Shown piece by piece: positions 13,611 through 27,600 of a DNA stretch of 64,000 nucleotides. The stretch comes from Chrysomallon squamiferum. Lineage: Eukaryota > Animalia > Mollusca. The number at the start of each line of letters is the position of its first letter. The stretch's first letter is position 1. The notes beneath the pieces are model-generated. The model was not told the origin of the DNA. It worked only from the letters and a program-made list of their open reading frames with translations, and did no database searches. Both the position numbers and the translations under genes were made by a program. The DNA lies in the NCBI GenBank assembly GCA_012295275.1, contig CM022671.1, positions 27,838,001 through 27,902,000 on the forward strand. Direction: 5' to 3'.

Positions 13611-14601
13611 TTGGTGAACAGTTTTAAATGAAGGTAAAAATAAAATATATCAATATATTGAATATATCAGGTTGTTAAATAAAACCATTATTATTAATAT
13701 TATTTTTATTATCATGATTATGCTAGTGTATTATTTTATTAATAGAATTATGTGGGGGTTTTTTTTCTGCCAGTCTATACTGAAATACTTACAGATCTTA
13801 TTCTAATATATTTATTTTAATTCTTATTGTTGTTTATTTCTTTATTTTGTTTTATTTATTTATATAATCAATTACTAAATCCAAATCCAGTTTCATTGAA
13901 TGTTTTATAAACAAAACAAAACACCCCTCCCATTTTTTTTTTTTTTTTTTAAAATACAACATTCTATTTAATTTAAATAAAAATAAAAATAAAAAACATC
14001 AAAACAACCCATTTTCTGAAATTATCTTCTTTTTGAATATTCAGAAATTCAAGAGATACTTATGGCCTACTCCAGCTGTTATCCTTTTCAATTTATATCT
14101 TATTAACCTATTTTCAAAAAGAAAAATAGAAAATAAAAGTACAAGATTTTCTGTTTGACAAAAGCACTTTCTTAAACACCTGACTGCTCAGAAAATTCTG
14201 AGTCTTTATTTTTTTGTATTTAATCAGTCAATTCTGATCTTAGCTCATGCCTGAGGTGCTGCAGTATTTGTAAATGACAGAAGTATTTGAAGAAGATATT
14301 TGTACAAGGTTTTGTACCTGTTCTCAAAACCATCCAGTCACAAATGAGACAGACATGTTTGAATTTCATTACATTCACTCAACATCTAGGTCATTTTTGT
14401 GTGTCCCTGTTTAGACATTTCTGAGTTGCATGTTTACTGTTGTGTCTGTTTCTGCTGCAGGTGAAACACATAGTCTGAAGTTTTATCTCCTATATATCGT
14501 AACCAAAGAATTACTAAATAAATATTCATTTTGTTTAAGCAATTAATGACATTACAATTTTTAAAATTATTATTTTTATTTTTATCAGAATATTTTTTTA
14601 G

Positions 14602-14605
<4 letters not shown>

Positions 14606-14657
<52 letters not shown>
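14606..14657. repeat. (ATT)n microsatellite
   Basis: About 17 tandem ATT units; explains the poly-Leu ORF 14531-14794. Confidence 0.9.
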
Positions 14658-14658
<1 letters not shown>

Positions 14659-14722
14659 TGTAGTTTTGAGTTTCTCTTATTTAGATGAGAGGAATTTTTT
14701 CTTCTTAGGAGAATACATAAAG

Positions 14723-14980
14723 CAGGGGTCAGCAACTCTTGGCCATCAGGCCGCATCTGGCCCACAAGGGATTTTAGTCAGGCCCACCAACTGAACACTT
14801 GGACACCAATTATTACATTAACTTTGTTGTTTTCTCTTTAAACCTCCAGACCAAAGAAGCCTTGCTTCCTAGCATCCACTTTTGGTGCTCAGTATTGAAG
14901 ATAGATTTGATATCTTGGCCCTCTTCCAAAACACCTCATTGCTGTCTGGCCCCCTGTCTCCAAAAAGTTGCTTACCACTG
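14723..14980. mobile_element. Non-autonomous hAT (Charlie-like) DNA transposon / MITE, 258 bp
   Basis: Imperfect TIRs CAGGGGTCAGCAACT ... AGTTGCTTACCACTG (13/15); perfect 8-bp TSD ACATAAAG at 14715-14722 and 14981-14988; internal GGCCC subterminal motifs. Confidence 0.85.
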
Positions 14981-16229
14981 ACATAAAGCATTTTTATAAA
15001 TCAACTGTGGATCAGTGGTTATAACATGAATTAACTGAAGTTATTATCTTTGTGTTCCAATCAGTTATAGATATGATTGACTGTTACTGTAAAACATTTA
15101 ATTGTTAGTAGTAATAATTATTTGACACAAGTATCTGATAAATGTAGTCAGCTTGAATTTTTATTATAATGAAAATAAATATTTGAAAAATAAATCTTTT
15201 CTTATGGTTTTGGATTAAAGGTTTTGGTTTGAGGAGAAATACATGACTGTGTTACTCACAACAGATTTTATTAATTTTGTTTTGTGACTGGGTCATTACA
15301 ACATCTTAATAAAATATTGATGTTTCATGTTACGTGTAAGACTTCAGGTCAGACCAGCTTGTTATTTGTTCTACAGATCTTTGCTGAAAGTATGTATGTT
15401 AATTTATGTCATTTTTATATATATATATATATATAGTGAATTGTTTTATATTTTTATTTTTTAATGGTTCATTGTAAATAGTTATCAAAATAGGTCTACG
15501 TTTTCTGCTTTCAGAAGATGAATTTTTAAAAGTGATAATTGTTGAGAAAACTAGTTCATGTTTTCCAAGTGAGGGGCTTCTGTGTTTTAACAAATGCCAA
15601 AAAAAAAAGAATAAAAAAAACACACAAAAAGACACACTTTGTGTTATTTATTTCTACTATATTAATATGGTTTTATGATGTGTATCTATGTATGTGTTTT
15701 TGTGTATATATTTTGTTCAAAAAGGTTTAAAAATGAAAAATAACAGTAATGCCAGTGTGTATGTGTGTATGTGTGTATGTGTGAGTATATATATTAAGTA
15801 TCTTTTGCACTTTAAACAGATATTTATATAACCATGAATATACTTCAGTATTTGACAAGTAATTATTTTAAATATTGAAGCAGATAGCATTTCAGATCAT
15901 TTAAATTAAATTTCAAGATTTTATTGGTTTGTTTTTAAATATGAAGTCAAGTTTGTTTCTGTTCTGGATAAATATACCATATATCCAATGTTACCATGAC
16001 AGCAGTACTAGGTTAACGAATTGATGTTTTTGTGTCACTGATGCCTACAGCAAAAATTGTTGATTTGAAGGAATTATTGTAAACAGAAATGAAATGTAAG
16101 GTATTAATACCTCCAAGCTTTAACCTGTGAAATTTTGAGTTCACAGAATTTTCAAATCTTTTGGGATTCAGTTGTGTGTGTGTGTCTGTCTGCTGTAGTA
16201 GTTGACACATTTAAAAACTTGCAGTCAGC

Positions 16230-16487
16230 AGGTATTGATCTCTCTCCTACACACGACTCTGTGTCATTGCTGGTTCTTGTCAGAGTTGTAGTCTGTTAGC
16301 CAGACTGTGGACCATAGTGTTCCTAGCTGTGTCATACAGTGTCTGGATCACAGTCATTCCTAGCTAATAACCTGTTTGAGCTGTGGATTTTGTTTTTGTG
16401 TGTGTGTTATTTTTTGTTTGTAGTCTCAGTTTGAGTTGCAGCATTGTAAAAATATCAGCTTTGTTCTCTGATGGTTCTTCAAGTCAG
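16230..16487 (+). other. Possible alternative 5'UTR exon of the KIX-only gene (5' end approximate)
   Basis: Compositionally distinct, less A-rich block ending in donor CAG|gtagga at 16487/16488. Confidence 0.3.
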
Positions 16488-17620
16488 GTAGGATTGAGTT
16501 TAAATTAGTGTTGATTTGTTCAGTTAATTTTGTAAGTTCAAGCAAGTATTTATTTATCTATCCAGATAAATCAATATATACTGTGTTAACAGAAAATTAT
16601 ACAAGTGAATATTTGTGTATGTGGTTTTTGTGTGAGTGTGAGTTTCTGTGTGTTTGTATGTATAATCTAGTGATTATGTACTTAACAGAAAATCATTTAA
16701 AAATTCTTTTTCATCTGTAAAAATGTATAAATAATGTAATCTCTTAAATTAGAAACATCAGTTAGGCTTATAAATTGTTTTCATTTATGTATGTAAATAT
16801 ATAGGAGTTTATTTATGTTTGTGTCTGTTTTCAAAAGCCATACAGTTCTGTTCATTGGTATAAATGAAGCAGCTTATTGCATTCTTTTATTAACTCGAAG
16901 CTGTCAGTTTGTCAGATGAATGTTTGACAAACATAGAATACCAGACAGTGTTACACTGTGTGGGCCTTGTCTAATTATGTATTGTAGATAGTGTTAAATA
17001 ATATGTAGAAATAATGACATTTGATGACTGCATTTAGACAGTAAATATCACAGTCATTATATACATTAGCTTGTCATAGTATTTTATGTTGGCAATCAAA
17101 TATAAAAATGTAGCTTTTTATTTTACATACTGTGTATAGTTCTATTTTCAAGTTATTATTTTTAAACTGTTTTGACTAGTAAAGAGAATATCATAATTTT
17201 CTTACTGGTTATAGAAATTAAGCACATTTACATGTACACACAGGTTTTTCAGAGGTCAGTTTTTAAATGTATAGGTAGAGATAGTGATTCTTATTAAAGT
17301 TAAATGCGTGGTTAAGCTTGGTAGAGTAAATATTTGTACACAGAGCAGGTATATACATGTATATTTAAAACCAAGTCATATACATAATCATCTCCTATGG
17401 TAGTATATGAAAACTGGTTTGTGAATCTATATAAAGCTGCTTAACAGGCTCACAGGTTGGATTATACCATAGGATGTGACCAACTATTTTGTGATCCTAG
17501 TAAATGTTAGTGGAGTTGTATTTAGACCAGTCTTTGTCAAGTTATATACTTAAACTAACCCAGACCCCACCCATTTATATTATAAACATGTATTAAACAG
17601 GTGAGTAATAGACAAACATC

Positions 17621-17653
<33 letters not shown>

Positions 17654-18680
17654 CCTTTATTCCAGTTACATAATATATGTGTCATTTGTTTTGTTACTTA
17701 TTTTTCTTGCCAGACTGTACTCTTCTTGACACACCTTTTGAAAGCAGATTTGACCTAGTTAAAAAAATTGCGTGTGTCATATTTGTCGTTGGGGAAATTC
17801 ATACAGGTTTTTGTTACCACACACCTGTGTGGGGTTTTAAGGATGGGGAAAGGAATACTTACTGTTCAGTTAGCTTTTGTTTGTTGTTGAAGAAGTATTG
17901 ACACTGGTAAGTTGTGAGGAAAATGTCAGTTGTAGTGAATATTTATTATATAAAAATTCAAATGATGTTTAAGCCGATGGAGGTTAAGCCACGTATAACA
18001 TCATATGGTGAAAATGTTGTTTTTCGATGAATGGCAGTTTGTACATGTTAAGCTGAAACTGTGGTTTAATGTATTTTACTTCAAATATCCTAATCAAAAT
18101 TTCAATAAATTTTGTTTGAGTATTATGTTTATAACAAGAAAAAGGGACAAAAGCTAAATAATTTAAAATTTACAGTCATAAAAGTTTTTATATTAGTTTT
18201 GAGCTAAAATTAACTCTTTATGTAATCACTTCCTCTTCCTGGTCTTGAATTTGATTTTTATTAATTATTTTAAAATTTAAAAAAAAAAAAAAAAAAAAAA
18301 ATTTAATATAGTGAAATTAAAGATTAAACTTTTAACTGTACAAAATTTTAATAATCTTAAATGTAATATAATTAAAATTTAAAACAATGTTTTTTTTAAA
18401 AAGGTTCAAAAGAAAAGTCATCAAAAATTGTAATTTTATTTTCAAAACTACCGCATTGTAAAGGCTACAAAGAAATTATATCTCTTTAGTTAATTTCAGT
18501 GTAAAACATCCATTTCAAAGTTTCTTATTTGTTTATTTATTTGTATAAGATTTTATTTATTTTTTTCCATTTGCAGATTAAATTTGTACAGACAGTGGAT
18601 TCTTTACTAAAGTGACTGTAATTTTCTAGGAGGTAACAAGATTCAGATTTGGGATATACTGTGAATGAACAGAATTCATC

Positions 18681-21600
18681 ATGGCTTTTTCACTAGGACA
18701 TTCGGATGATACAGCAGACTGGATAGATAAGATTTTCAGAGAAAGGATTGTTGCTCAGATGTAAGTAATTTACATATCAATAAAGCAGTAATTTATTCAC
18801 ATTTTAGTGTACTTTTGGTGTGTCAATTCCAAGTAGTTTAATGGGGAAAATACTTATTTGTTATATTAAGAAAAAATATTCTAATATGTTTTTTTTTTAT
18901 TTTTTTTATTACCATTTAATTAATGTTTTTCAAGAGTTATGTATAGAATAATTTCACAAAGCAGACCCTAAATTATTTAATTGGTTAGTTTGTAAATGAT
19001 ACTGTAAATAAAATAACCAAGTAGGTCTGGAAACAGATTCAAATTATTTAAATTTCTAGTTTTCAAATTTTAAACCTGACATCATTCACTAGTGTCTGTT
19101 GATTGGATATCTCATCTGGGTTTGCTTTTCTTCTTAAAAAAAAATGTCAACTGACATAAATTGTGAATATAAGTATTTGTGTCATCATGAATTATGGATC
19201 AGTCCATGAAAATATTGGTTTAAATTCTATAGCCACCTATTTTGACTGGAATGATACACATCTCTAATAAAAAAATACTAAAGATGAGTTTTTACTGCCC
19301 TCATCAGTGGTGTCGGTTTATTCTTTCATATATTCAAACTGGAAAAGTCCTTTGTGCCGTATATGAATAAATTAAATTTTTGAAAAGAAAAAATAGGTCA
19401 GTTTCGATCCTATCGAGTGTGAGTCATAGAAGCTGGAGCCTTATTAACAAGTTATGTGGGTTTGTCGTGTGAAACTGAGTGTCACAAAAGGTTTTCCGAG
19501 GTGTGTGTATGTGTATGTGTGTGTATGTGCGTGTTAGTAAAATCATCGTGCGAGGAGACTGTGTAATAATAGAATATGACAGTACATGTCGTTAGTGCAT
19601 TCATCTCTCTACTCATCCCAGACAGGTTAATATTATTATTATTATTATTATTTCTCTCCTAGTAAGAAACTCATAGAGCCATGACAAGTATTCATTGGTC
19701 AGAATGTTCCTGTGGTTTGACACATTGTTATAACCACTGAACTGGAAAGAAATAGACTGCACTGGTGGATGAGTGGAATAATCTGTTTATGAATAATTGA
19801 TAATGGTCCAGTCTTTTTCATTACATATTGAAAGATTGACACTCTTCTGAATTGATGATTTATTAAAGAAAGACCACAGTAATGACTTTTCTTTTATTCT
19901 TAACTTGATAACCAAATACTTGCCATAGAAAGACATGTCAGACACAAATTGCTTGTCCAGGGCATTGTCCATGAATTTTACTTCAATGCCATTAGTTTTA
20001 AGTTACGTTAAGATCTTTTACAAGACTTCAGTCAGTGTTTTGAACGATTTCTGTCTGACTTTATTATGGAGTAGGCTTCAGCAGAATGGTTTGAATACTG
20101 TGGCCCGAAGCATGATGGACCACAGGGTCATTGCCTTTCAGGGGATATGTTGGGATATTTTTTCATTTCATCCACATCTCTCTGAGTGTTTCATCAAAGG
20201 CAGTATTTTCCAATCTGTGGGAAAGTGGATTATTAAACCTCATTGCTGCTAATGGATAAGAGTTCCCCATTAAGCAGTGATGTTTGGAGATAAAATCTAT
20301 TTTATTAACATTATGAAAAAAAATTTCATGTTTGAAACCTAATAAGTTAAATAACTATTTTTATTTAAATGTTTTGAAATTATTGTTAAATAAACGCTCT
20401 TCATCCATTCTAATATTTTTTTGATGACACATACAAAATAAGGACAACTTCAGCTACAAAGCCTTTTAAAAAAAAAAAAGAAAAAAATAAAAGTATTATT
20501 ATTACATTATCAATAAAATTGTCTGTAGATGTTAAAACTATAAAAAAAAAAGTAATGACATCAGCCTATGACCTAGACTTTGAACAATTTAGGCATACAG
20601 AAATGTTTATGTGCAAATCATGTTTGATTATTGCAATATGATGGGTAGCACACCTATATGAAGGCTATATTTTAAGAAATGTCATCTGGTTTTTCTCTCA
20701 AACACTTAAATACAGCTAGAAACTCATTACTGAAAGTGACAAGTAATGAATAAGTAATCTAGCATTGTAGGAATTACTGTATGTAATTTTAAAAAAACAC
20801 CAGAAAACATATATATATATATGTGTGTGTGTGTGTATAATACACAGACACATGAGTGATTGTTGCCCAGTCTAAGATTGACAATCACATACACTTATAC
20901 CCTTAAAGAAAAAAGCATTGTAGTCAAAGGTAGATCCAGAATTTCAGAAGTAGGTTAGGATGGTGTCAGTTGGATCAATACTGTTCAGTTTCATTAAAAA
21001 TCAATAAACTGGTCAACAGAGAAAAAGGACAGTCTTGGACATTTTGCTTTGAATCTGTATTCTGTACCAACACAGCTGCTCAAACCTTCAACAGAAATAA
21101 CAAAATGGAAACATTATTTAAAAAAAAATTATGCACACACATTGTTGAATTAGTCATTATTATTATATCATTGTTATTGATTGACTGGTATTGAGTTTTG
21201 CTTGTCATGCTGGATATTGATTGGTAGTTATTAGTAACGGCTACCTTTAAACATTTACTGTTGTTCTAAATATTTGTTTATAAGCCATTGATAAAATCAG
21301 TTTGTGCTTGTCTTTTGAACAGAGCACAGAGAAACATGTGGCATTTTATTGATTTTTTTTTTATTCACTTCTTCCTAGCTGGCCTATAAAATATAGTTTT
21401 ATTTATCTCATTATTTCCTGTATCTGGCTTATAAAATATTGATTTTTTATCTGATCTTGATCTGTTCATAAATGTTTTAAAAGCCAAATGAAAAACCATG
21501 ACAAGATGCTGTTCTTCTACTACTAGTTTTAGCTGGTTTTTTTTTTTTTTTTAATGTTGCAAAACTAAACAATAAAACAACTAAATACAAAAATACAAAA

Positions 21601-24600
21601 ATGTAATAAATACATGGAGTGGTGCTAGTGATGTTGGGATGGTTTTTTTCTCGACAGTTTGTGATTTCAGACAGAGCTGTTCGTCATATTTTTCTCTTTT
21701 ACACAAACTGCTCATATTTTTCTTAATATTTTCTACAGTCATTTTATTGCTACAGCAATCCTTTAATGTCATGTATGTACAGCTTAATACATTTTATCTG
21801 CTTCCAAGTCAGTGTTTTATTATTTTATACAGACCTGTAATAGCTAATAATAATGATAGAACAATATAAATTAACAGCTCAGATGAATACTTAGAAGCTG
21901 ACATTTCCTGTGTTATTATGACATTATTTCATATATTAATTTTTTTTTTTTTTTTTTAAATCTTATGCTGAGTAAATGATGAAAATTGTCATATTTTTAA
22001 TGTGACAAAGATTAATGACTTCTTGGGGTTATTGATTGTGTATGTAACAGAACAGAAAAAGTCAGCGTTTTATAGTTTTTCCTATAGTTACAAGGTTTAT
22101 GTTATCAAAGATTGGTTATTGCACCAAATAAAAGACAAAAGAAAGTTTACACAGTTTACTTAAGAATGTTTATTTGTAGAAACAGAGATGCTTTTTGTGT
22201 CATTAAACCTGAACTTCAGTAATCAGATATTTAACTGTGATTAAATAACCCACAGCTTAAGAGTGTGCCCTAGCTATGTACAGTTGTTTAATTATTTTAA
22301 TAAAAATGTTACTACAATCATATCTTGAAATCTCCCTTTTTTTTTTCTTTTTTTTTTCATGTTATATACTAATAATATATGTCAAAAGTCAAATTTTTCT
22401 TTAAAAAAAAGTTCAGTCTCTCACTTTATTTTTAAAGAATATATTTGTCGTTTTATTACGAGGCCTGGAGCCACTGAAGTGATTTATGTTTTGTTGTAGA
22501 TATGAAGATATATTAAAAAACATATATCAATGGAATTATTGTGTGACTTTGTGTCAACAGCCTCAGGCTGGGATTTTTTTCATCTTTTGTTAAACCATGT
22601 TATATAGTATTTTAACTGATGTGAAAAATAGATGTACTCTAACAACCAAGAAGGAGGCTAAGGCAGAGTGGTGGATTGTTGTCCTGTGGGTGGGGGCAAT
22701 ATTGGAGGTCAGAGGTCACTGTAGGTACTATTCCTCTCTGTAGATAAGATTCCTTGATGCTGCTGATGTTAAAACTCCATGGCAGAATGACATTTCCTCT
22801 TTCATGTCATCAACACACAAAAACTATGTTTGATAACTTTCAAAGTTAGTCTTAAAATCTGTTGAAATATCACTTATAAATTCCCTAATGTTTGGTTCAT
22901 CAGTCTGTTGAATATTTTTAATCCTTTGAGTCTTTATATGACAGGTGTTGCAGACATAATTTTGAGTTCTTCTCTTAAGTGACCACTTTTATCAGTTGCA
23001 ATTCAACCAGTTAGAATTTCCAGTATCACTGTCTGCATCTGCTGTAGTTTAGATTTGTCCATTAGATTGTTACACCAACCTTTGTAAAAAGAGATTAAAT
23101 TGCAGATAATCTTAGATATCTGTATATTCTGGGATACTGTTTTATGTCTTGTAAGTTGATTAAATAATAGTCTTCAATGATTTTTTTTAATTTCAGAGAG
23201 CAGGCAAGATCAGAAGCAATTTTACAAGAAGGAACCCGGTCAAGTGAGGACATGGAAAACTTTATATATGGTTCAGCCAAATCTAGGGTTAGTCTGTTCA
23301 ACAGTATTTAATAATGTCATATTTAAAATTAGTATCGAATAGTGCTTACAATTGTTAATTCAGTTTGAAAAAATTTGGCTGTCATGGAATTATGCCAAAA
23401 GTCAGCTGACTGTGATAAATTCAAACTGTTTAATGGCATGGGAATTACAAATAAATAAACTGATATTGGCAGTGGCATGGTTAAATTACCTGGTCTGACA
23501 TAAAAGTACATGTTTTACTGTCATTTTATTATCAAAGTAGACATCTGAATTATTATTCCATGATATTTTATTTTAATTTCAGTTTTATTTTTAGTTTTTT
23601 ATTGTGATTATTTTAAACACTTCAGTGTTGTTGTTTTTTTAACTATCTTGTCAGATGTGAACTTACCTTTTTCAAATTCTTTTTAATGTTTAATTCTGTC
23701 AGTAAAAGAATAGTGAAAAACATCACCATTAATATAACTAAATAAAAACAAAACAAAACAACAACAGCGCACAGCATTAAATGAAATGAATCACTTTTTC
23801 TTTCTCTCTTGTTGCTTTGTTTTTTGTTGGATTTTTTTCCACTTATTCTTTATGATATAAACAAATACCATGGGTTCAATCATCATTAAAATTATCTAAA
23901 ACTGCAATAAAGAGTGTTTATGGTAATGTTTAAAAATAGCAGTTATTAATAAATACCAATCAATATCCAGCATGACAAGTATCTGTCAATATGAAAAATA
24001 AACAAAGCAGTGTTTATTTTATGTTTTATGGTAATTTATCAGACCTAGCTGGAACATTACATTATTTCCATAAGTATGAAAGAAAACAAAACAAGGTATG
24101 TTTATTTTATTTCAGAGATTCAGTAACATGATGAAAGGTAGATTTAATTAAGAATGCAAATTATAAATATTATCTTATTCAAACACAACAAGTGATGGTG
24201 AACTTGTGTGATAACAGTACTTAGTATTAACCATGAAAACATCCAATTGCAGTTTAAAAGTTTTAATTTTTATTTATATAAATTCGTCTTTTAAATTGTA
24301 TTCAAATGAGCATGCTTGGGCATTTTATCTGTAAATTTATAAACTGAAATATTAGAAGACTTGGCTGCAAGTCATGCATTCTGTTAATCTTGACAGCTGC
24401 ATTCAAATGTTTCAGTTGCTAACAAGCATGAAACCTGCTAGACTGGAAAACAACATTTATTCTGTTGATTGTGGCATGCACAGGTCATGTGCAAAGTACA
24501 TTTTTCTGTTTGAGCAAAAAAAGGTCACAGGAAACCAGTTTAAAGTCAGTTAAATAAAGGATATCATATTTGACTTTAAAAATAGATTGTGACTTCTATA

Positions 24601-27600
24601 ACACCAGGTTTAATTATTTATTTATAAGCCATTACTGTCCTCAGTAATCATACCTACATACAGACAACATCTTTCATTTGCTTCTTTTGTGAAATTGTCA
24701 CTGGATGTTCTCCCCACTGCACCAGTACTACATGGCTGTTGTTTCTATAGCATAGGGGAAGTTTCAGTAAAATGACTGACAACACTAGTTTTATCCTTTC
24801 ATTTCATTTCATTTCATTAAGATAATATATAATTGATACTTTTTAAAAAAAAAAAATGTTTTTAGATCTTAAGCAATTAGTAGCAATGAAAATAAAAAGT
24901 AAAAAATAAGTAAAAAAAAATATTTATTATCTTTTTTTGTCAGATATGATGATGAAGAAGACTGCATATACTCTGAAAAAAAAAAAAATTATTATTCTTT
25001 TTTTTTAGTTGATTAATTTATAAATTATTTTGAGATTTTTTTGTTTGAATTTTTGGTTGAAAGTATATAAAGTAAATTATCTGGTTTGATGTGTACAGTT
25101 TTCCATCCAGCCCAATTTGAGTGCAGTTACAAAGTGAAAGGGCTGGGAGATGAAAGGCTGTGACCAGTACCCCACGACCAGACATTTATCAAGTCCTGAC
25201 AACTGCATCCTGTCATTGTCAAACTTGCCAAACTGGAAAAATAATTATACCTTGTTTCAATCACACAGTTATATGTGCAGAATATTTACTTGCTTTTAAA
25301 TTTGTAAACAGCAATTTACTCAGTAAAATATTATCATTTTGTTTTTAAATTTGTAATGAGTAAATTTACTCAAAGAAATATTATCAATTTGTTTTGAGAT
25401 TTGTAAACAGTTACTTTCTCAGGGAAATAGTATAAGTTATTTTAAATTTACAACGAGCTTTAGATGCTATCCAGATAAGATGTTCACCCATTATCTTAAA
25501 TTCTCTCAAAAAACAACAACCAAAAATTCATGATTCAATTGTTTGTATACTTATTACTAATGAAATAAAAATGCACTTGTCACCACTGTTATTAATGCAT
25601 ATTTTAAGACAGACATTTGGTGAATTTATTTAATTTTGTTTTGAGTGTCTTTGTTTTTAAATTGTTCTTAAATTATACTTGAATTATGTTATTCCACACT
25701 ATGATGTTGGATATTTCTTATTAAACAGTGTTTAATATTTTGTGGTAAGCACATTTGTCTGCTCAAATACTGTATGATATTTTGTAAAACACATTAATAA
25801 CAAAATGATAAAAAAATTAAAATTTAAAAACTAATTTATTTGTATTTAAATTTGTATTGCTATTTTTCACTGTATTCGTTATTTTAAAAATAAAAATAAA
25901 TGAATAAAAATAAATATAAAATAACATAATAAAAAAAGAAAGTTGATAAACTGACCGTTGTCCTAATTTGCATTACTGTATAGTTCTGCTGTATTCACTA
26001 TTTTTATAATTAAATAATTTTACAGTTCAGTGAATAACACAAAGTTTCTCTCTGTAATTAAAATAATGAATAAGGATTATTTGTGAAACCAGCTGGTGCT
26101 GTCTACTTTATTAATTTTTATTTATTTATTTATTTATTTTTCAAAGATCTAAATTTTGAAGAGAAAACATTTTGTATTTTCTTCCATGTCAGAGCATGAA
26201 ATTTAATTATTAACTGACATCTTTTTCACTTCTGTGACATCTGTACATGGCAACAAATATTTATGGTATTTGAGAAATGAAACAGATGTGTTACTGAATC
26301 TAATAATTCTGCTGTATAATGAATATATCATACTGCACATTCATTGCCAGATCATGCAAGCTGGACAAGGATTTGCAATAGTGCTGTTGTAGTTTTTAAA
26401 ATTAATTTTCACTAATAATATAGGAGACATTTTCAAATTTTTCTCCAATTTTAACATACATTTCTTTTTTTTAAATTTTTTAATGTATTATTATTTTTTA
26501 TTTAAAGGTAAATGGATTCTGTGATCCATCATAGCTATCATTTTCATGTTTTTAAATTAATTTTGTTATTATTTTATATCTTCTTCTGTGCTAATTGTTG
26601 TTTGTTTATCTCTGTTTTCAGGAAGAATATATGGCTTTAATAGCTCAGCTTGTCATGTCACTCAGAGAAACAAGAAAGAAAGTAACCTGTGAGTTTTACA
26701 CTTATGTTTGTATGTATGTGCATTGCCATAATATATTGAATTTATGTTGTTTTCATTTATCTTTTTTGAGTTAAAAAGTGAACAAAAACAATATTTTGTA
26801 AATTTATACATGTGTGAACTCCATATGTCTTTCTTAATTTACTACTTACATTAAAACTTTTGCTTTAATATTGTTATTCCTAAAATAAAAATAAGCGATT
26901 TGATTTTTTTTAATGAATAATAACAAAACAGTTCAGTATAAATTCATTGTCAAATCTTTTCTCTATTGAATTTTTAAAGTTTTTTATTTTATTTTATTGT
27001 TTATTGAATTTATTATTATTATTATTGTTTTAACAATAACTGGTTGACAAAAATTCACGTAATAAAAACATGTTTCAAAACACAGTGTATTGTTAACACT
27101 GAACATGTGATGAAAAATGAAAAAATAAAAACCTGTACTGAAAACTAACGGAGATGAAGATGTTATGCTTGTGTCATGTATATCTTTGTTACAACATAAA
27201 CCGGCAATATAAATGTTATAACATAATCACATCAAAAGACGTCTGACAAGGTGTGTGTCATGCAACAAAGATGTCTGTTGTTGCATCACAGCAGGATGTT
27301 TCTGTGTAGAATGAGCATTTACAGCTTAGCTGAGGAAATTTAATGTTGATGTAATATGAGACGCCTGGTTAGAGACAAAATAATAAATCTCCAGGTGATT
27401 AATAATAAAGATTAGTCATGTCATAAATTCTCTGTAGATTAGCAAATATATATATATTACAAAATCATTATTATTTTATTAAAGATCTTGTTTACGTAAG
27501 TGGTTACATGTAATGAATGAAAAACGTTGGAACATGGAGAGAATTAATGTTCTTTTTATTTTTTTATTTTTTTGTTTTTTATTTATGTCTCACAAAAGGT

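Noticed and set aside
19740-20270. GC-richer block with 61- and 105-aa ORFs
   Set aside because: No recognisable protein motif or splice-consistent exon; probably a decayed repeat.
24116-24137. 22-nt candidate microexon (RFSNMMK) with the same 0/1 phases as KIX exon 3
   Set aside because: Good acceptor but weak donor (gtagat), no similarity to exon 3; chance is plausible without RNA evidence.
24940-24976. ATGATGA...CTGA resembling snoRNA C/D boxes
   Set aside because: Only ~30 nt between the boxes, too short for a C/D snoRNA.
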